Below, piece by piece: positions 52,070 to 62,719 of a stretch of DNA of 64,000 nt. The notes under the pieces are model-generated. The model was not told the origin of the DNA. It did no database searches and saw only the letters and a program-made list of their open reading frames with translations. The position numbers were made by a program, and so were the translations under genes. This DNA is from Pelagomonas calceolata. Its lineage: Eukaryota. The stretch spans positions 4,898,001 to 4,962,000 of the forward strand of contig CAKKNE010000001.1 of the NCBI GenBank assembly GCA_918797485.1, given 5' to 3'. Position 1 is the first letter of the stretch; each line of letters starts with the position of its first letter.

Positions 52070-52434
52070 GGTCTCTTTTCGTCGGTCTCCCTATCTCTGA
52101 GCGCCCTCTCCGCTTGGGTGGCTTTATTGTGCTTCTCGATCTCCGCGCTCAGCGCCGAGCAGATCGGCCTCGGGCCCGCCGCTCAGGGCAACACGCTGTG
52201 GGCTACGAGCTTGTATCCGCCCGAGGAGACGAGCTTCGCTGCCCTGAGCCGTGCGGATCGCTACAAAGCTCGTGCGGATCGCTGGTGGCACCCGGGCAGC
52301 TCTTCGGCCTCGCCTAGGCTATTTAGTAGAGTCGGCGCTGTCTGCATGAGACGCTGGGCTAGTAGCTTCCCCACTTGCGCTATGAATGGAGCTGCCAAGA
52401 ATGTACTGCGCAAGCATTCATACGATTAATATTA

Positions 52435-55431
52435 TCACAAAGCCCCCTCTTCGGGCATTTCCCCTTCCGAAATCTCCGCGGTGGCGTCGCGCACATCGGC
52501 AGCCGCGTCGGGCGCCGCCTCCTCCACAGACTCAGGTTCCGCGGCGCTGGCGTCGGGAACAGCATTTTCAGGCTCTACCGCTGCCACAGGCGTCTCCGAT
52601 GCCGGAGGAATCTCCTCGTCGGATGACGTGGTTTCCTCGGGTTCCGCCGCGGCGTCGGCGGGCTCAGGTTTGGGCGCAGGCTCAGACGCCTCTTCCGCAA
52701 GCGGAGCACCCGCCTCGGACTCAGGACCCGATTCCCGCTCCGGCTCAGACGCCGCCGCCTCTGCCTCGGCGTCCAGATCCGCGCGCGCCGCCGCCAGGAT
52801 CTCGCGCTTCGCGCCCTCGTACTCGTAGAGGTGGTCCAGCGCATCCAACGCCAGCAGTTGGACCCGCTTGTCGCGCGACGCGACGACCACGCTGCTCCCG
52901 ACCACGGCCGGCGCCGCGTTGTACGACGCCGCGTCGTGGCGCCACCGCGTGGTCCCATCGGCCAGATTGACGGCCGTGAGCTTGAGGTCCGTGCCGGTCA
53001 CGACCAGCGCGCCGCCCGCGAGGCTCGGCGCCGTCCACCGCACGTCCTGCGATTCCGTGGTCCAGCTCGCGACGCCAGTTCTCGCGTCGACGGCGACGAG
53101 CGCCGCGGGCGTCGAGGCAATTAGTAAATTACCGACCAGCGTCAGCGCGACGACCGGCGCGCCCACGTCGAGCGCCCATATTTTTTCACCCTCGGCCGTG
53201 TCGAGGGCGTACACCTTGTGGTCCTGGCTGCCCGCATAGACGACGCCCGACGCGAGGACGAGGTTCGCCTCGACGGGGCCATTAGTTTTGAACCGCCAGC
53301 GCACGTGGCCGTCGTGGGCCCGCAGCGCGTAGACATATGAATCGACGCCGCCGGCGTATACGTGGCGCGCGTCCGCCGCCGGCCGGCCCGTCACGAGCTG
53401 GCCCGTCGGCTGCGCCCATTTCAAAGCGCCGCTCGTGCGGCGGAGGCAGGCGATGTTCTGGCCGATCCCCACGAACAGATCCTCGTCGTTGACCGTAAAA
53501 CGGCCGACCTCGCCCGCGTGGTCCGCGCGCCACCTTTCGAGGCCAGTCGTCGCGTCCAGCATGCGGACCTCGCCGCTCTTCGACCCGACGACGACAGAAT
53601 CGTCCGTCGCGACGACGGACGTGTAGGGCCCGCCGTCGACGAACCACAAGGGCCCCCCCGTTGTCTCGCTGATACCGTACAAGCCCTCGGCGAAGCCCGC
53701 CGTCACCACTGTACCGGAAGTGACGGCGGGCGCCCAGGCGCTCAGGAGCGTCTCGGCCTTGAAGCGCCACTTTACTAATTCGTCGCCCGACGACTCGATG
53801 AACCCGCGTTTCACGGGCAGCGGCTTTTCTACCACTTCTTCTACTCTCTCGAGGGCCGCCTCCTCGGCTCTAGCTTTCCACTCGCTCGCCGCCTCTTCAT
53901 CCTTCGCCAGCCCGGGGCCGCCCCCCTCGTAGGCGAACGCCAGCGCGAACATCGCGTCGACGTCCTCCCGCAGCTCCACGGCCTTCTTCCACCTTTGAGT
54001 CGCCGCCCGCAGGTCGCCGTCCTGCTCCGGACGTCGTATGGAACTAAAGGACAAGAGCTCCTCCTTCGCCTGCCTGCGCCGGAGCTGGTCCTGGGCTCGC
54101 TCCGCCTCGAGCTCGCGCATCCGCCGCGTCCGCTCCCGCCGGTTCTCCCGATGCATTCTCATCTTCTCGGCCTGGTCGCGCCGGGCGGCCTGGTGCTCCT
54201 CCGAGGCTTGTTCCGCCTTCCGGCGCCGCTGCTCCAGCTGCTCGCGCGGCGCGAGCTGTTGTATTTCTTTCTCCTCGCGGAGGGCCTCCATGGCCTCGCG
54301 CTGCATCCGCTCGGCCTCTTGGAGCGCTCTTTTAGCTTTATACCGCGCGTAGGCCGCGCCGGCCGTGGGCAGGGGCTCCTCCTCTGGCTCGTCCCATCCT
54401 AGTTTTGACTCGGGCTCCTCCTCGGCCTCTTCCCATTCTTGCTCTATTTCTGGCTCAGGATCAGCCTCGGGCTCCTCTTCTGGCTCGGTCTCTGGCTCCG
54501 GCTCTGGCTCCGGCTCTGGCTCCGGCTCGGGAGCGTCGGACTCCTCCTCCTCCGCTGCTAGCTCCCCTTCCGTCTCGGGCTCGGCCTCGGGCGCCTCGGA
54601 CACGTCGGGTGCCGCGTCCGCCTCCGCCTGCTCGGCGGCGCGTCGTTCCTCGGCGGTGGCGCTTGCCCTGGCCTCGGCCGCGCGGCGCTCCCGGTCTGCC
54701 CGTTCCGCGGCCTCGCGGGCCTCGGCCTCTGCACGCGCCTCTGCGGCCCGTTCTTCCTCGAGTCTCTGGCGCTCCCGTTCTGCGGCGGCCGCCTCGGCTT
54801 CGCGCGCCGCCGCCTCCCGTTTCTCCGCCTCGGCGCGCTCGCGGGCCTCGGTCTCGCGGCGTTCTTTCTCCGCCGCCGCTTCCGCTTCCTGCTCAGCTAT
54901 CCGCTGCGCCTCAGCCTCGCGTTCCCGCGCCGCCGCGGCCTCGGTCTCGCGGCGTTCCCGCTCCGCCGTCGCCGCGCGCTCGGCTTCGGCCCTCTCGGCC
55001 GCGACGCGCCGTTCCTCGGCGGCCCGCGCGGCGGCGGCTTGTTCCGCCTCCAAGCGGTCCGCTTCTGCTTTTTCGGCAGCTAACCTTTCCGCTTCTGTGC
55101 GCTCCGCCGCCAATCGCTCGGCCTCTAGCTCTTCGGCGGCGCGGTCGTTTCCCGTGACCAGGCGCACCGGCACGTCGTCCGAGGCCGGTCCCGCGGCCTC
55201 GGCCGGCGCGGCCGCGGCATCGACGTTGTCGAAGAGGCGGCCCGCGCGCAGCCTGTCGAGGCGCGCGCGCAGGTCCTCCGCCGCCGCGCCGTCCGGGGCG
55301 GCACCGGTGCCCGCGCCATCTGGGGCGGCACCGGTGCCCACCCGGCTCAAAATGTTCTTTATGCGCGCTGAGGCGTCGTCGTTCGGCTGCGCCACCGCTG
55401 CAGCGGCGGCTAGCAGCATAAATCGAAACAT
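52435..55431 (-). CDS. Secreted protein: signal peptide, E/R/A coiled coil, Sel1-like repeat, PQQ/BamB-like beta-propeller
   Basis: MFRFMLLAAAAAVAQ; AMFALAFAYEGGGPGLAKDEEAASEW; repeated VYALDxxxGxxxW blades. Confidence 0.8.
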   Translation of the reverse strand: MFRFMLLAAAAAVAQPNDDASARIKNILSRVGTGAAPDGAGTGAAPDGAAAEDLRARLDRLRAGRLFDNVDAAAAPAEAAGPASDDVPVRLVTGNDRAAEELEAERLAAERTEAERLAAEKAEADRLEAEQAAAARAAEERRVAAERAEAERAATAERERRETEAAAAREREAEAQRIAEQEAEAAAEKERRETEARERAEAEKREAAAREAEAAAAERERQRLEEERAAEARAEAEAREAAERADRERRAAEARASATAEERRAAEQAEADAAPDVSEAPEAEPETEGELAAEEEESDAPEPEPEPEPEPEPETEPEEEPEADPEPEIEQEWEEAEEEPESKLGWDEPEEEPLPTAGAAYARYKAKRALQEAERMQREAMEALREEKEIQQLAPREQLEQRRRKAEQASEEHQAARRDQAEKMRMHRENRRERTRRMRELEAERAQDQLRRRQAKEELLSFSSIRRPEQDGDLRAATQRWKKAVELREDVDAMFALAFAYEGGGPGLAKDEEAASEWKARAEEAALERVEEVVEKPLPVKRGFIESSGDELVKWRFKAETLLSAWAPAVTSGTVVTAGFAEGLYGISETTGGPLWFVDGGPYTSVVATDDSVVVGSKSGEVRMLDATTGLERWRADHAGEVGRFTVNDEDLFVGIGQNIACLRRTSGALKWAQPTGQLVTGRPAADARHVYAGGVDSYVYALRAHDGHVRWRFKTNGPVEANLVLASGVVYAGSQDHKVYALDTAEGEKIWALDVGAPVVALTLVGNLLIASTPAALVAVDARTGVASWTTESQDVRWTAPSLAGGALVVTGTDLKLTAVNLADGTTRWRHDAASYNAAPAVVGSSVVVASRDKRVQLLALDALDHLYEYEGAKREILAAARADLDAEAEAAASEPERESGPESEAGAPLAEEASEPAPKPEPADAAAEPEETTSSDEEIPPASETPVAAVEPENAVPDASAAEPESVEEAAPDAAADVRDATAEISEGEMPEEGAL

Positions 55432-55726
55432 CCTGATCGATCAGTTAAGGTTCAGAAGCATGCCGGGCAGCCTACCTGCGACCTCATCGTGGCCCTCGAG
55501 CACTTGACCCCGCACCCGACTCGCGCGATCGCGCCGCTGCCATTCACCGGTCCAGAACACTCTACTAGGACATGCTAGACGTGGCTGCGCGCCGACGATA
55601 ACTGCAGAAAGTTCTGCAAACCCGCCAAGCTCTCAATCAAGCACCAACTCTCACACAAAGGCTGAGAGGCTGCCCCAAGCCAGCTCTCCGCAAGCAAATA
55701 AAATCTACCTGTCGCGCGAACCCAGA

Positions 55727-56158
55727 ATGACGACCCAAGAAGAGGACGCTTTCGACCTGTCGCGCGTGCAGCTCAACAAAACGCAGGATTGGTGCTATCA
55801 TGAAGGCTCCTACGGCCACAACCCGGAGTATGGCGCAACGCACATCCTGACGATCGGCAGCAACAACACAGCACATACCACGACGGACTACGACGACGGC
55901 GCCAACGTGAACAAGTCGGCGGCGAAAGGCGCGATCACGTTCTGGCGGATAAGCACGCGCGGCGAATGTTACGTGCCGAAGGAGGTTTCCCCGACGGGTG
56001 ACATCGGCCACACGCACAGCGTCTCAAAACGAGGCGACACGCTGACCGTCACGGTCAACTACGGCAAGACGGGCGAGAAAAAGACGGAGACGCTCTCCGT
56101 CGCCGAGCTCTACCGGCAGTTCGTCGCGGGCGGGGAGGCGGTGTACTACAAACCGTGA
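55727..56158 (+). CDS. Hypothetical protein (143 aa)
   Basis: ATG ORF with GC3-biased codons and globular-looking composition; no family recognised. Confidence 0.65.
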   Translation: MTTQEEDAFDLSRVQLNKTQDWCYHEGSYGHNPEYGATHILTIGSNNTAHTTTDYDDGANVNKSAAKGAITFWRISTRGECYVPKEVSPTGDIGHTHSVSKRGDTLTVTVNYGKTGEKKTETLSVAELYRQFVAGGEAVYYKP

Positions 56159-56213
56159 TCCCGTCGTCGTTCGTGTGTGAGCTGTCATCATTCAATCCTT
56201 CGTCTTCTCCCCT

Positions 56214-56325
56214 GTATTCCCAACGAGATTAACAATCATCATTCAACCGTACTAGTAGTATTCCCCAACGAGATTAACAATCATCATTCAACCGTACTAG
56301 TAGTATTCTCCAACGAGATTAACAA
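56214..56325. repeat. 45-bp AT-rich tandem repeat (about 2.5 copies) between convergent 3' ends
   Basis: Unit CAACGAGATTAACAATCATCATTCAACCGTACTAGTAGTATTCCC. Confidence 0.85.
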
Positions 56326-56344
56326 GCCCCAGGCACCCGCGCGC

Positions 56345-56953
56345 CTAGAAGTAGGGGAAGCCCTTGCCCGTGAGCACGGCCTGCGTCACGACGCCCGAGA
56401 ACGCGAACATGGCGAGCCGGCAGTGCGTGATCTCCTTGAGCTTCATGTCCGCCGCCTTCTCCGGCGTCGAGCAGAAGTCGAGCGGGTCGAGGCCGAAGTC
56501 GCCCGGCTGGCGGTCGCTGCCCATCCACATCATCTGCGCGACGCCGAACGAGTGGACGACCTCGATGAACGAGAGCCAGAGGAAGATCTGCTGCATGGCG
56601 CCGTACTTGCACGCGACGTCGTGCGCCTCGACGCTCGACACCTGGTGCATGTCGCCGGGGAGCGTAAATCCTAAATCCGTCGCGACGAAGCCCGTCCACG
56701 CGAGCATGCAGATGCGGCCGTGCTTGATCTCGGCCTCGCGCAGCCACTTGACGTTGAAGATGCTCGAGAAGCCAAAGGGGTCGAAGCCGACGTCGCCGGC
56801 CATCTCGAGCTCGTCGAGCGACGCGGGCCGCTCCATGAAGGGCAGCGCCTCGCTCGCCGTGTAGGCGAGCCGCGTCGCCGGCCGCGCCGGCGTCGCGGCC
56901 GGCGGCACGAGCGCCGAGGCCGACGCCAGCAGCAGGGCGACGGTCCGCGCCAT
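56345..56953 (-). CDS. LHCR: Light-harvesting chlorophyll a/c protein, Lhcr-like, with bipartite plastid-targeting peptide
   Basis: GDVGFDPFGF, WLREAEIKHGRICMLA, PGDFGLDPL, KEITHCRLAM; signal peptide ending ASA-LVP. A TTTCAG just before the ATG suggests a 5'UTR intron. Confidence 0.93.
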   Translation of the reverse strand: MARTVALLLASASALVPPAATPARPATRLAYTASEALPFMERPASLDELEMAGDVGFDPFGFSSIFNVKWLREAEIKHGRICMLAWTGFVATDLGFTLPGDMHQVSSVEAHDVACKYGAMQQIFLWLSFIEVVHSFGVAQMMWMGSDRQPGDFGLDPLDFCSTPEKAADMKLKEITHCRLAMFAFSGVVTQAVLTGKGFPYF

Positions 56954-57622
56954 CCTGAAACAACCTGTGTGTCATGCGAGGGTGAATGCTTTGGTTCGAC
57001 GGCGTGGTGCGGTCGTATGGTGTGTGTGTCGACAGCCGCCGCGCCGTTCCGTCCTGCCGCTGAGACGTCCGGGGCCGCTGCCACCGCGTCTGAGAGCCGG
57101 GGCCAGCGGTCCTCGCCGAGTTGGGCGCGTGGAATGCGCCAGAACCGCGGCCCGCGTGGGAGCCAGCGGTCCGTCGCAGCCACACGCCACAATTCCAGCA
57201 AAAGAGCCGGCCGTCCGACCTCGGAGAAGCGAGGGATTTACCAAGCGTCTCCAGGTAGCGCGGCGCCCTCTAGCGGTGCGCGGCGTCCAGTGGCGTCGCT
57301 GAGAGTCAGCAACGCACAGCTGCACGGCCGGCGCGCCCAGAGAAGGCCCGCGGCCCCAGGCAGCAGGACCTCTATCTAAGCCGCAAGTGCATCAATTTGA
57401 GCCGGGAAAACGGCTGCAGATCGATTCGTTCGTCCATTGTTGGTCGTCTCATGCTCTAAAACGCTCCAATTACCACGCAGTAGCCGCGCTTTTGCACAAC
57501 TTGCAAGCCGAGCCAAAATATCGAACCCGCACTATCGAGTAAAAAAACTTCCCAATCCACCCCTTGAGCCCTCCAGCGTCTCCGCCAGGTCTCCCTCGGT
57601 CGTTAAAATGACACAGACTTAG

Positions 57623-58216
57623 TCAAACCCTCCTCAAAACCGCAATAGCCTCCGCCAGGTTCTCGTCGGTGAACCCCACGTTGGGATCCGTCCGCACGAA
57701 GCGCCGCGCCGCCGCCAGCTCCGCGCCGCGCGTCTCGCGCGTCAGGTCGCGGTCGTCGAGCACGACGTAGCGCCCGTTGTGCTCGTCGGGATGCGTCGAT
57801 AGCCACTGGAAAATCTCCGCCGGCCGCGCGAGGGCCCGCGTCCGCGCGAGGGGCGTGGCGCCGATCACCGTCACGTCCAGGGCAGCGAGGCGCCGCTCGA
57901 TGTACGTCTTCGCCTCCGGTTGCGTCCGCCAGTCCGAGCTAATGACAACGACCGCGCCCGCGCTGTCCGCGAGCTGCCTTACCCTCATCAACATCGTCGC
58001 GTCGACGCGCTCCTCGCTCGGGTCGTCGACGCGGTTGAGAACACCATCGACATCCAGGAAGATGACGGGCGGCGCGCTTGCCATGCTCATGGCGCCGAAG
58101 TCGGGTAACGGGTTCGTGCGCGTCGATCCCTCTTGCAAGAGCCGCAGCATGTCCGCCTCGCCGGGGTTGCAGAAGCCCAGCAGGTGGCCCCGCAATGGGC
58201 TAGGGAGGTTATTCAT
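57623..58216 (-). CDS. HAD-family phosphatase of the Swiss-Army-Knife RNA repair type (HAD_SAK_2-like)
   Basis: VIFLDVDGVLN, VVISSDWR, RPAEIFQWL, YVVLDD. Confidence 0.8.
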   Translation of the reverse strand: MNNLPSPLRGHLLGFCNPGEADMLRLLQEGSTRTNPLPDFGAMSMASAPPVIFLDVDGVLNRVDDPSEERVDATMLMRVRQLADSAGAVVVISSDWRTQPEAKTYIERRLAALDVTVIGATPLARTRALARPAEIFQWLSTHPDEHNGRYVVLDDRDLTRETRGAELAAARRFVRTDPNVGFTDENLAEAIAVLRRV

Positions 58217-58435
58217 CCTGGCTCGCGCTGTGGCTCCGAAGCGATGGTCGCAGCGCGTCGGCGGGCGTTATGGAGCAGCGATGCACGATTCTGCTGCTTC
58301 GTGGATGCGTTTAGGAGCGCTGTCGCCGTCCGAGTCGGGTCGAAAAACCCGATTTGATGCGGCGTCGGCCGGCGCGCGGCGACCGCACCGCACGCCATCG
58401 ACGCGACGATTCTAAGAAATAAACTTTATTACACT

Positions 58436-60199
58436 TCAGAGCCGCCCCGGCGACCGCGACCGCACGGACCCACCACCTGTTGAAGCCTCCGGCGGCTTCT
58501 TGTCGCGCGGGTGCTCCTGGCGGCCCGCGACGAAGCGGTGCTTCAGGCACTCGTTCACCGACGGCCGATTGTCCGGATTGAGCATGCAGACCTGCTCCAG
58601 GAAGTCGGCCAGATCTAAGACAGTTCGCTTGTCGTCGGCGCCCGCTTTTTTGGATAAAAACGTCTGCGCTATGGATCGAGTCGGCTTGTCGATGGACACA
58701 AGTGTCAGGCGCGGCTCCTTCGTCCTTTCATCCAACACCCGGTGCTGGAATTTGAACGACGACTGCACATCTAGGAAGTGCGGGTCCAAGAGTAGCAACT
58801 CGGTATATACTCGGACATGAGCTCGTAGCATGCGCACCGGAAACCTTCCTTTCAACTCCATCATGAGCCGCAGCATGTTGTTGTTGTCGACGCCGGGGTA
58901 CATGATGTGCCCCGTATACAATTCATAGAGACACGTCGCGATCGACCACAGGTCGACCCTTGTGTCGTATTTCAACCCTAGAATGATCTCCGGAGCGCGA
59001 TAGAAACGACTGACGAGATAAGGAGACGGGTCGCTACACCCAGGATCGGACTCGCGAAAAGCTGACCCGAAATCACATATTCTAAGAACAGCGTTGTTCT
59101 CGCTTACCAGTATGTTATCTGGCTTGATATCAGCGTGCACTATTCGTAGCTTGTACAAATGCCTCAGAGCGAATAAAAGTTGCTTGGCATATATCCTAAC
59201 AGCGTCGATATTTATACCGACATGTTTACCATACTTTTTGAGAGCTTCCCTCAGGTTCATCGCCATGGACTCGAAGATCAACGCGGTGTGGGCCCGGTGC
59301 TCCGTCTCATTGAGCAACCTGACACAATGACACCTTCCATTGGGGTCACCGGCAGAAATTTCCCGCAGTAACTCAATCTCTTTGGCGGCGGCCTTCGTCA
59401 TCGTCTCGTTGTTCCGGATCATCTTCACGGCGACGTAGCACGGTTCGTTCTTTTCTTTCTCTTGGACTTCGTCTCGTGCTTTCAGTACGGACGAGAAGAC
59501 GCCTCGTCCGACCACACCGAGGACGCGATACCGCCCATCAATCGTTTCTCCAGGCCTCGCCATGTAGTACCCGTCCGTGTCGTCCCAGTTCGCCTGTTCT
59601 TCCTCACCCAACTCTCCCGCGAGTAGTTGCGCCGCCGTCGCGCGTTTGCCCACTTTGACCGGCGCGGGCGCGTCGATGTCGCCCTCACCAGTAAACATGT
59701 CGAACGCATCATCATCTGGCTTGACCTCCGTCAACCCCAAAGGCGTCACTTCGTATTTGACGGCCTTGTCTCGTGCGCTCTGCTCCTCTTGGGCCTTTGA
59801 TGGATCTTCTACAATTGGTTGTGGAGCCTCCTTCGCGGCGGCGTGCTTCCGCTCAATCGCCTGGCGCCGCTTCCTACGTTCCGCCGCGCGCTTCGCCTCG
59901 CGCGCGTCCTCGTCGTCGGACGCGAGGAAGGCCTCCACCTCGGCCTCATCCACTTCAATCCCATCGTCCTGATTTAGGACATCCACGGGCTCGGGGACCC
60001 GGGCCTCGTCTCGTCGTCTTTTACTTGCCTCCTCCTCGGCCCGGGCCCGCGACGACGGCTGCGGCCTCCGATCTCTGCTTCTATCTCGGTCTCTCCGCGA
60101 GCGGTCGCGGTCGCGGTCGTCGCGGCGGTCGCGGCGGTCACGAGAGCGGCTGCGGCGCCGCCGGCCGCGGCTGCGGCTGCGGCTGCGAGAGCGCGGCAT
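58436..60199 (-). CDS. PRPF4B: PRP4 splicing kinase
   Basis: RS-rich N-terminus, NWDDTDGYY, GRGVFSSV, HADIKPDNIL, PYLVSRFYRAPE. Confidence 0.95.
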   Translation of the reverse strand: MPRSRSRSRSRGRRRRSRSRDRRDRRDDRDRDRSRRDRDRSRDRRPQPSSRARAEEEASKRRRDEARVPEPVDVLNQDDGIEVDEAEVEAFLASDDEDAREAKRAAERRKRRQAIERKHAAAKEAPQPIVEDPSKAQEEQSARDKAVKYEVTPLGLTEVKPDDDAFDMFTGEGDIDAPAPVKVGKRATAAQLLAGELGEEEQANWDDTDGYYMARPGETIDGRYRVLGVVGRGVFSSVLKARDEVQEKEKNEPCYVAVKMIRNNETMTKAAAKEIELLREISAGDPNGRCHCVRLLNETEHRAHTALIFESMAMNLREALKKYGKHVGINIDAVRIYAKQLLFALRHLYKLRIVHADIKPDNILVSENNAVLRICDFGSAFRESDPGCSDPSPYLVSRFYRAPEIILGLKYDTRVDLWSIATCLYELYTGHIMYPGVDNNNMLRLMMELKGRFPVRMLRAHVRVYTELLLLDPHFLDVQSSFKFQHRVLDERTKEPRLTLVSIDKPTRSIAQTFLSKKAGADDKRTVLDLADFLEQVCMLNPDNRPSVNECLKHRFVAGRQEHPRDKKPPEASTGGGSVRSRSPGRL

Positions 60200-60743
60200 T
60201 ATCTTTCTTCGAGCGCTGCGTCAGCGCAAGGCGTCGTCGGCACTTACGCGCGCCGCGGCACTTATGCGCGCCGCCGTGGCGCTTGTGCTGCTCTGTTAAG
60301 GCCTCTCTGCTGGCGTAGCACTAATTGTAGGCGATCCTCGTTCTACTGCAGAAACGAGTGCTGGCTTCGCAACGCGTGTAACCGTTCGATAAATGCCAGA
60401 GGCCGACGCGCCGTCTCGATTTTTGTCGTCGATTACTAGTATGTCGCACGCTAGCCCGTTCCGCATTTGGCTCGTTGAATCGTGTCTATAGTTATCCTGA
60501 AGCGTCGCCAAGCGGCACGAGCTCTGTTTTTAATCAAGCAACACAGGCAAGGTAGCACAGTCGAGCACTGCCGCGCCGCGCGCCCTTCGGCTCACGCGGT
60601 CCTCGCAAACGCACGACGCATCAACGCTGTCAAAAACAACCGCTGCAAGCACTTGTTCAGTCCGAGCCTCTGCCGCGCCGCGCCCACCAGCAGAGCAGTG
60701 GACCCCACTGCTGCCCAGACACTGTTGCCGCGCGCACAGAACG

Positions 60744-61484
60744 ATGAGAACGAAGACCGCCCGCACCTCGACAAAGGCGGTCGCCAAGCCCGCGCCCCAG
60801 CGCCAGCAGCCGCCGAAGAACGCGCCACTCTCGCTCTACGACGGCCGAGTCCTGCACTTCCGGAACGCCCTCAACTCCAATGACCTCGCAGCGCTAGATG
60901 ACTACTTGAATAGCCCCGCCGTGAGGCAAGAACTCTTCGACGCCGTGTTACATGATTCGACGGACACGCAGTACGGCTCGCGGAAGTGCGACGCTGCCTG
61001 GCTCAAGCTCCAGAACCTGCCGGCCCATAGGAAGCTGAGGAAGCTCGTGAAAGCCTCGAACGACCGATGGCACCTCCTCCCCAAGAAGAACGGAGCTGGT
61101 TTCAGGTGCGAGTACGAGGACGCTCAGTATACTGAATACCGAGGTGACCGAGAGGCGCATTTCAAGCAGTGGCACCTCGACGCTCATGAAGGAGGGGAAG
61201 ACGCCGAGGACGCTAGGGCGATCACGTTAGTGGTTCTACTGACGGAGCCGGGCGTCGACTTCCAGGGCGGCGATTTCGAGGTGATGCGGCCGCAATGGCC
61301 GGGCGGCGTTTCTTCAGCGGTGGATTGGAGTAGAGGAGACGTCATCGCCTTTCCCGCTTGTGAAGTGTGGCACCGCGTCCTGCCGACAACGCGAGGCATC
61401 CGACGGACGTTAGTGGTCTGGGCCAAGGACCCCACAGCACTGGCTCGGAACGCCGAGGCGAACTTCGAGAAGGGGTATGACTAA
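60744..61484 (+). CDS. 2OG-Fe(II) dioxygenase (PKHD/prolyl-hydroxylase-like)
   Basis: WHLD (HxD), DFQGGDF, WHRVLPTTRGIRRTLVVW. Confidence 0.88.
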   Translation: MRTKTARTSTKAVAKPAPQRQQPPKNAPLSLYDGRVLHFRNALNSNDLAALDDYLNSPAVRQELFDAVLHDSTDTQYGSRKCDAAWLKLQNLPAHRKLRKLVKASNDRWHLLPKKNGAGFRCEYEDAQYTEYRGDREAHFKQWHLDAHEGGEDAEDARAITLVVLLTEPGVDFQGGDFEVMRPQWPGGVSSAVDWSRGDVIAFPACEVWHRVLPTTRGIRRTLVVWAKDPTALARNAEANFEKGYD

Positions 61485-61508
61485 GTACAAACATGGTATA
61501 GCAGGCGC

Positions 61509-62486
61509 TCAGAAGTTCATGGAGCCCGTCCGCCGCGCGGCGCCCCGACCTAACGCGCGGCGCCCGGGCGGAGGCTTCGGCCGGTTCCGCGTCTTCGCGC
61601 AGTGGGGCACGTGTCGCTCCCAGGCCTTCGGGTTGAAGGTCCGGCCGCAGTGCGGGCACTGCCGGAAGTCGCTCGTCTCCAGGTCGTAGGCGTCCTGCGC
61701 AGCCCGAGAAGGCTGGATGTCGCGGAGCGGCACGCCGGATTTCTCCGCCATGGTCATGCGCCGCGCGTCGCGGACCATAGCTCTAAAAGCGTTCGACTCG
61801 GCGCGCCAGTTCTTCTTGGGCGGCGCGGGCGGTTCAATGTTGGCGGACGGCGGCCGCCGCCGGCCCGGGCGCCGCCGCGGCGGCGCGGCCAGCCCGTTCT
61901 CCTCGGCCATCGCGCGCTGGCGCATGGACGCGCCGTCGAAGACGGGCCGCCGGTTGTTGTGGGCCTTGCGGCAGATGTTCTGGTGGACGCCGAGTCGGTC
62001 CGCGGAGAACTTGCGGCCGCAGACGGCGCAGGGCAGCAGGCCGCCCGGCGCCGCGGCGGTGGTGGAGAACGCTGTCGTTTCAGCGGGCGGTTCCCACCGC
62101 TTCGTGCGCGACGCGGGCCGCGGCGCCTTCGGCTTGAACTGCGTCCGGAAGGCGGCGGCGGCGGCCTGGCGCGGCGAGTCGTGTTGCGTGGGGCCGGACC
62201 ACGACGCGCGCTCGCGCGGCGGCCGGGCCCGCGAGATGGGCAGCGACAGCGCGCGCGCGGCGTTCGCCGTGTCCCCGTTCCACGACCGCCGGTGGAGCGC
62301 CGCCTTCCGCGGGGCGCGGCACTTCTCGAGGTGCTCCTCGAGCTCGCCTTGTAAGACCGGCTTGTCGCAGCGCGGGCAGGGCACCTCGACGGACGCCCAC
62401 TTGCGCTGGCACTGGGGCAGGTGGATTTTGAGGGAGTGAGGAAAGTACCTTTTCCCGCAGATGGGGCAGCCCACGTCGTTGGGCAT
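61509..62486 (-). CDS. C2HC zinc-finger protein (ZC2HC1-like)
   Basis: Four CxxC..HxxxC fingers, e.g. CAVCGRKFSADRLGVHQNIC and CPHCGRTFNPKAWERHVPHC. Confidence 0.85.
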   Translation of the reverse strand: MPNDVGCPICGKRYFPHSLKIHLPQCQRKWASVEVPCPRCDKPVLQGELEEHLEKCRAPRKAALHRRSWNGDTANAARALSLPISRARPPRERASWSGPTQHDSPRQAAAAAFRTQFKPKAPRPASRTKRWEPPAETTAFSTTAAAPGGLLPCAVCGRKFSADRLGVHQNICRKAHNNRRPVFDGASMRQRAMAEENGLAAPPRRRPGRRRPPSANIEPPAPPKKNWRAESNAFRAMVRDARRMTMAEKSGVPLRDIQPSRAAQDAYDLETSDFRQCPHCGRTFNPKAWERHVPHCAKTRNRPKPPPGRRALGRGAARRTGSMNF

Positions 62487-62719
62487 CGTTTGCGGCCTCC
62501 CCGGCGTGACCCGGGCGTCAGGGGCCGGTCTCGGAGGCAAAGCAGGGCGCTGCTCGTTTGTGTTTGCTAGCGTGTTACACACTTAGTCACAGCGCCTTTT
62601 GCTCTCGGGACCTGTGAGCCGTCTCCCTGGCACCAGACGCAGCCCAAACTGCGCGCGAGGCTCGCCCCAACCCCAGGCTCCGGCACGCGCTCGCTGCCCC
62701 GCGCAGTCCACTCCCAATA

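Noticed and set aside
56177..56674. ORF containing PNEINNHHSTVLVVF repeats; possible CRISPR-like array
   Set aside because: Head-to-tail 45-bp tandem repeat with no unique spacers and no cas genes; the ORF is antisense to the LHC gene.
58380..58412. Isolated ACGCCATCGACGCGACG introner-internal motif (similar one near 40808)
   Set aside because: No TIR or TSD nearby, so it cannot be called an element.
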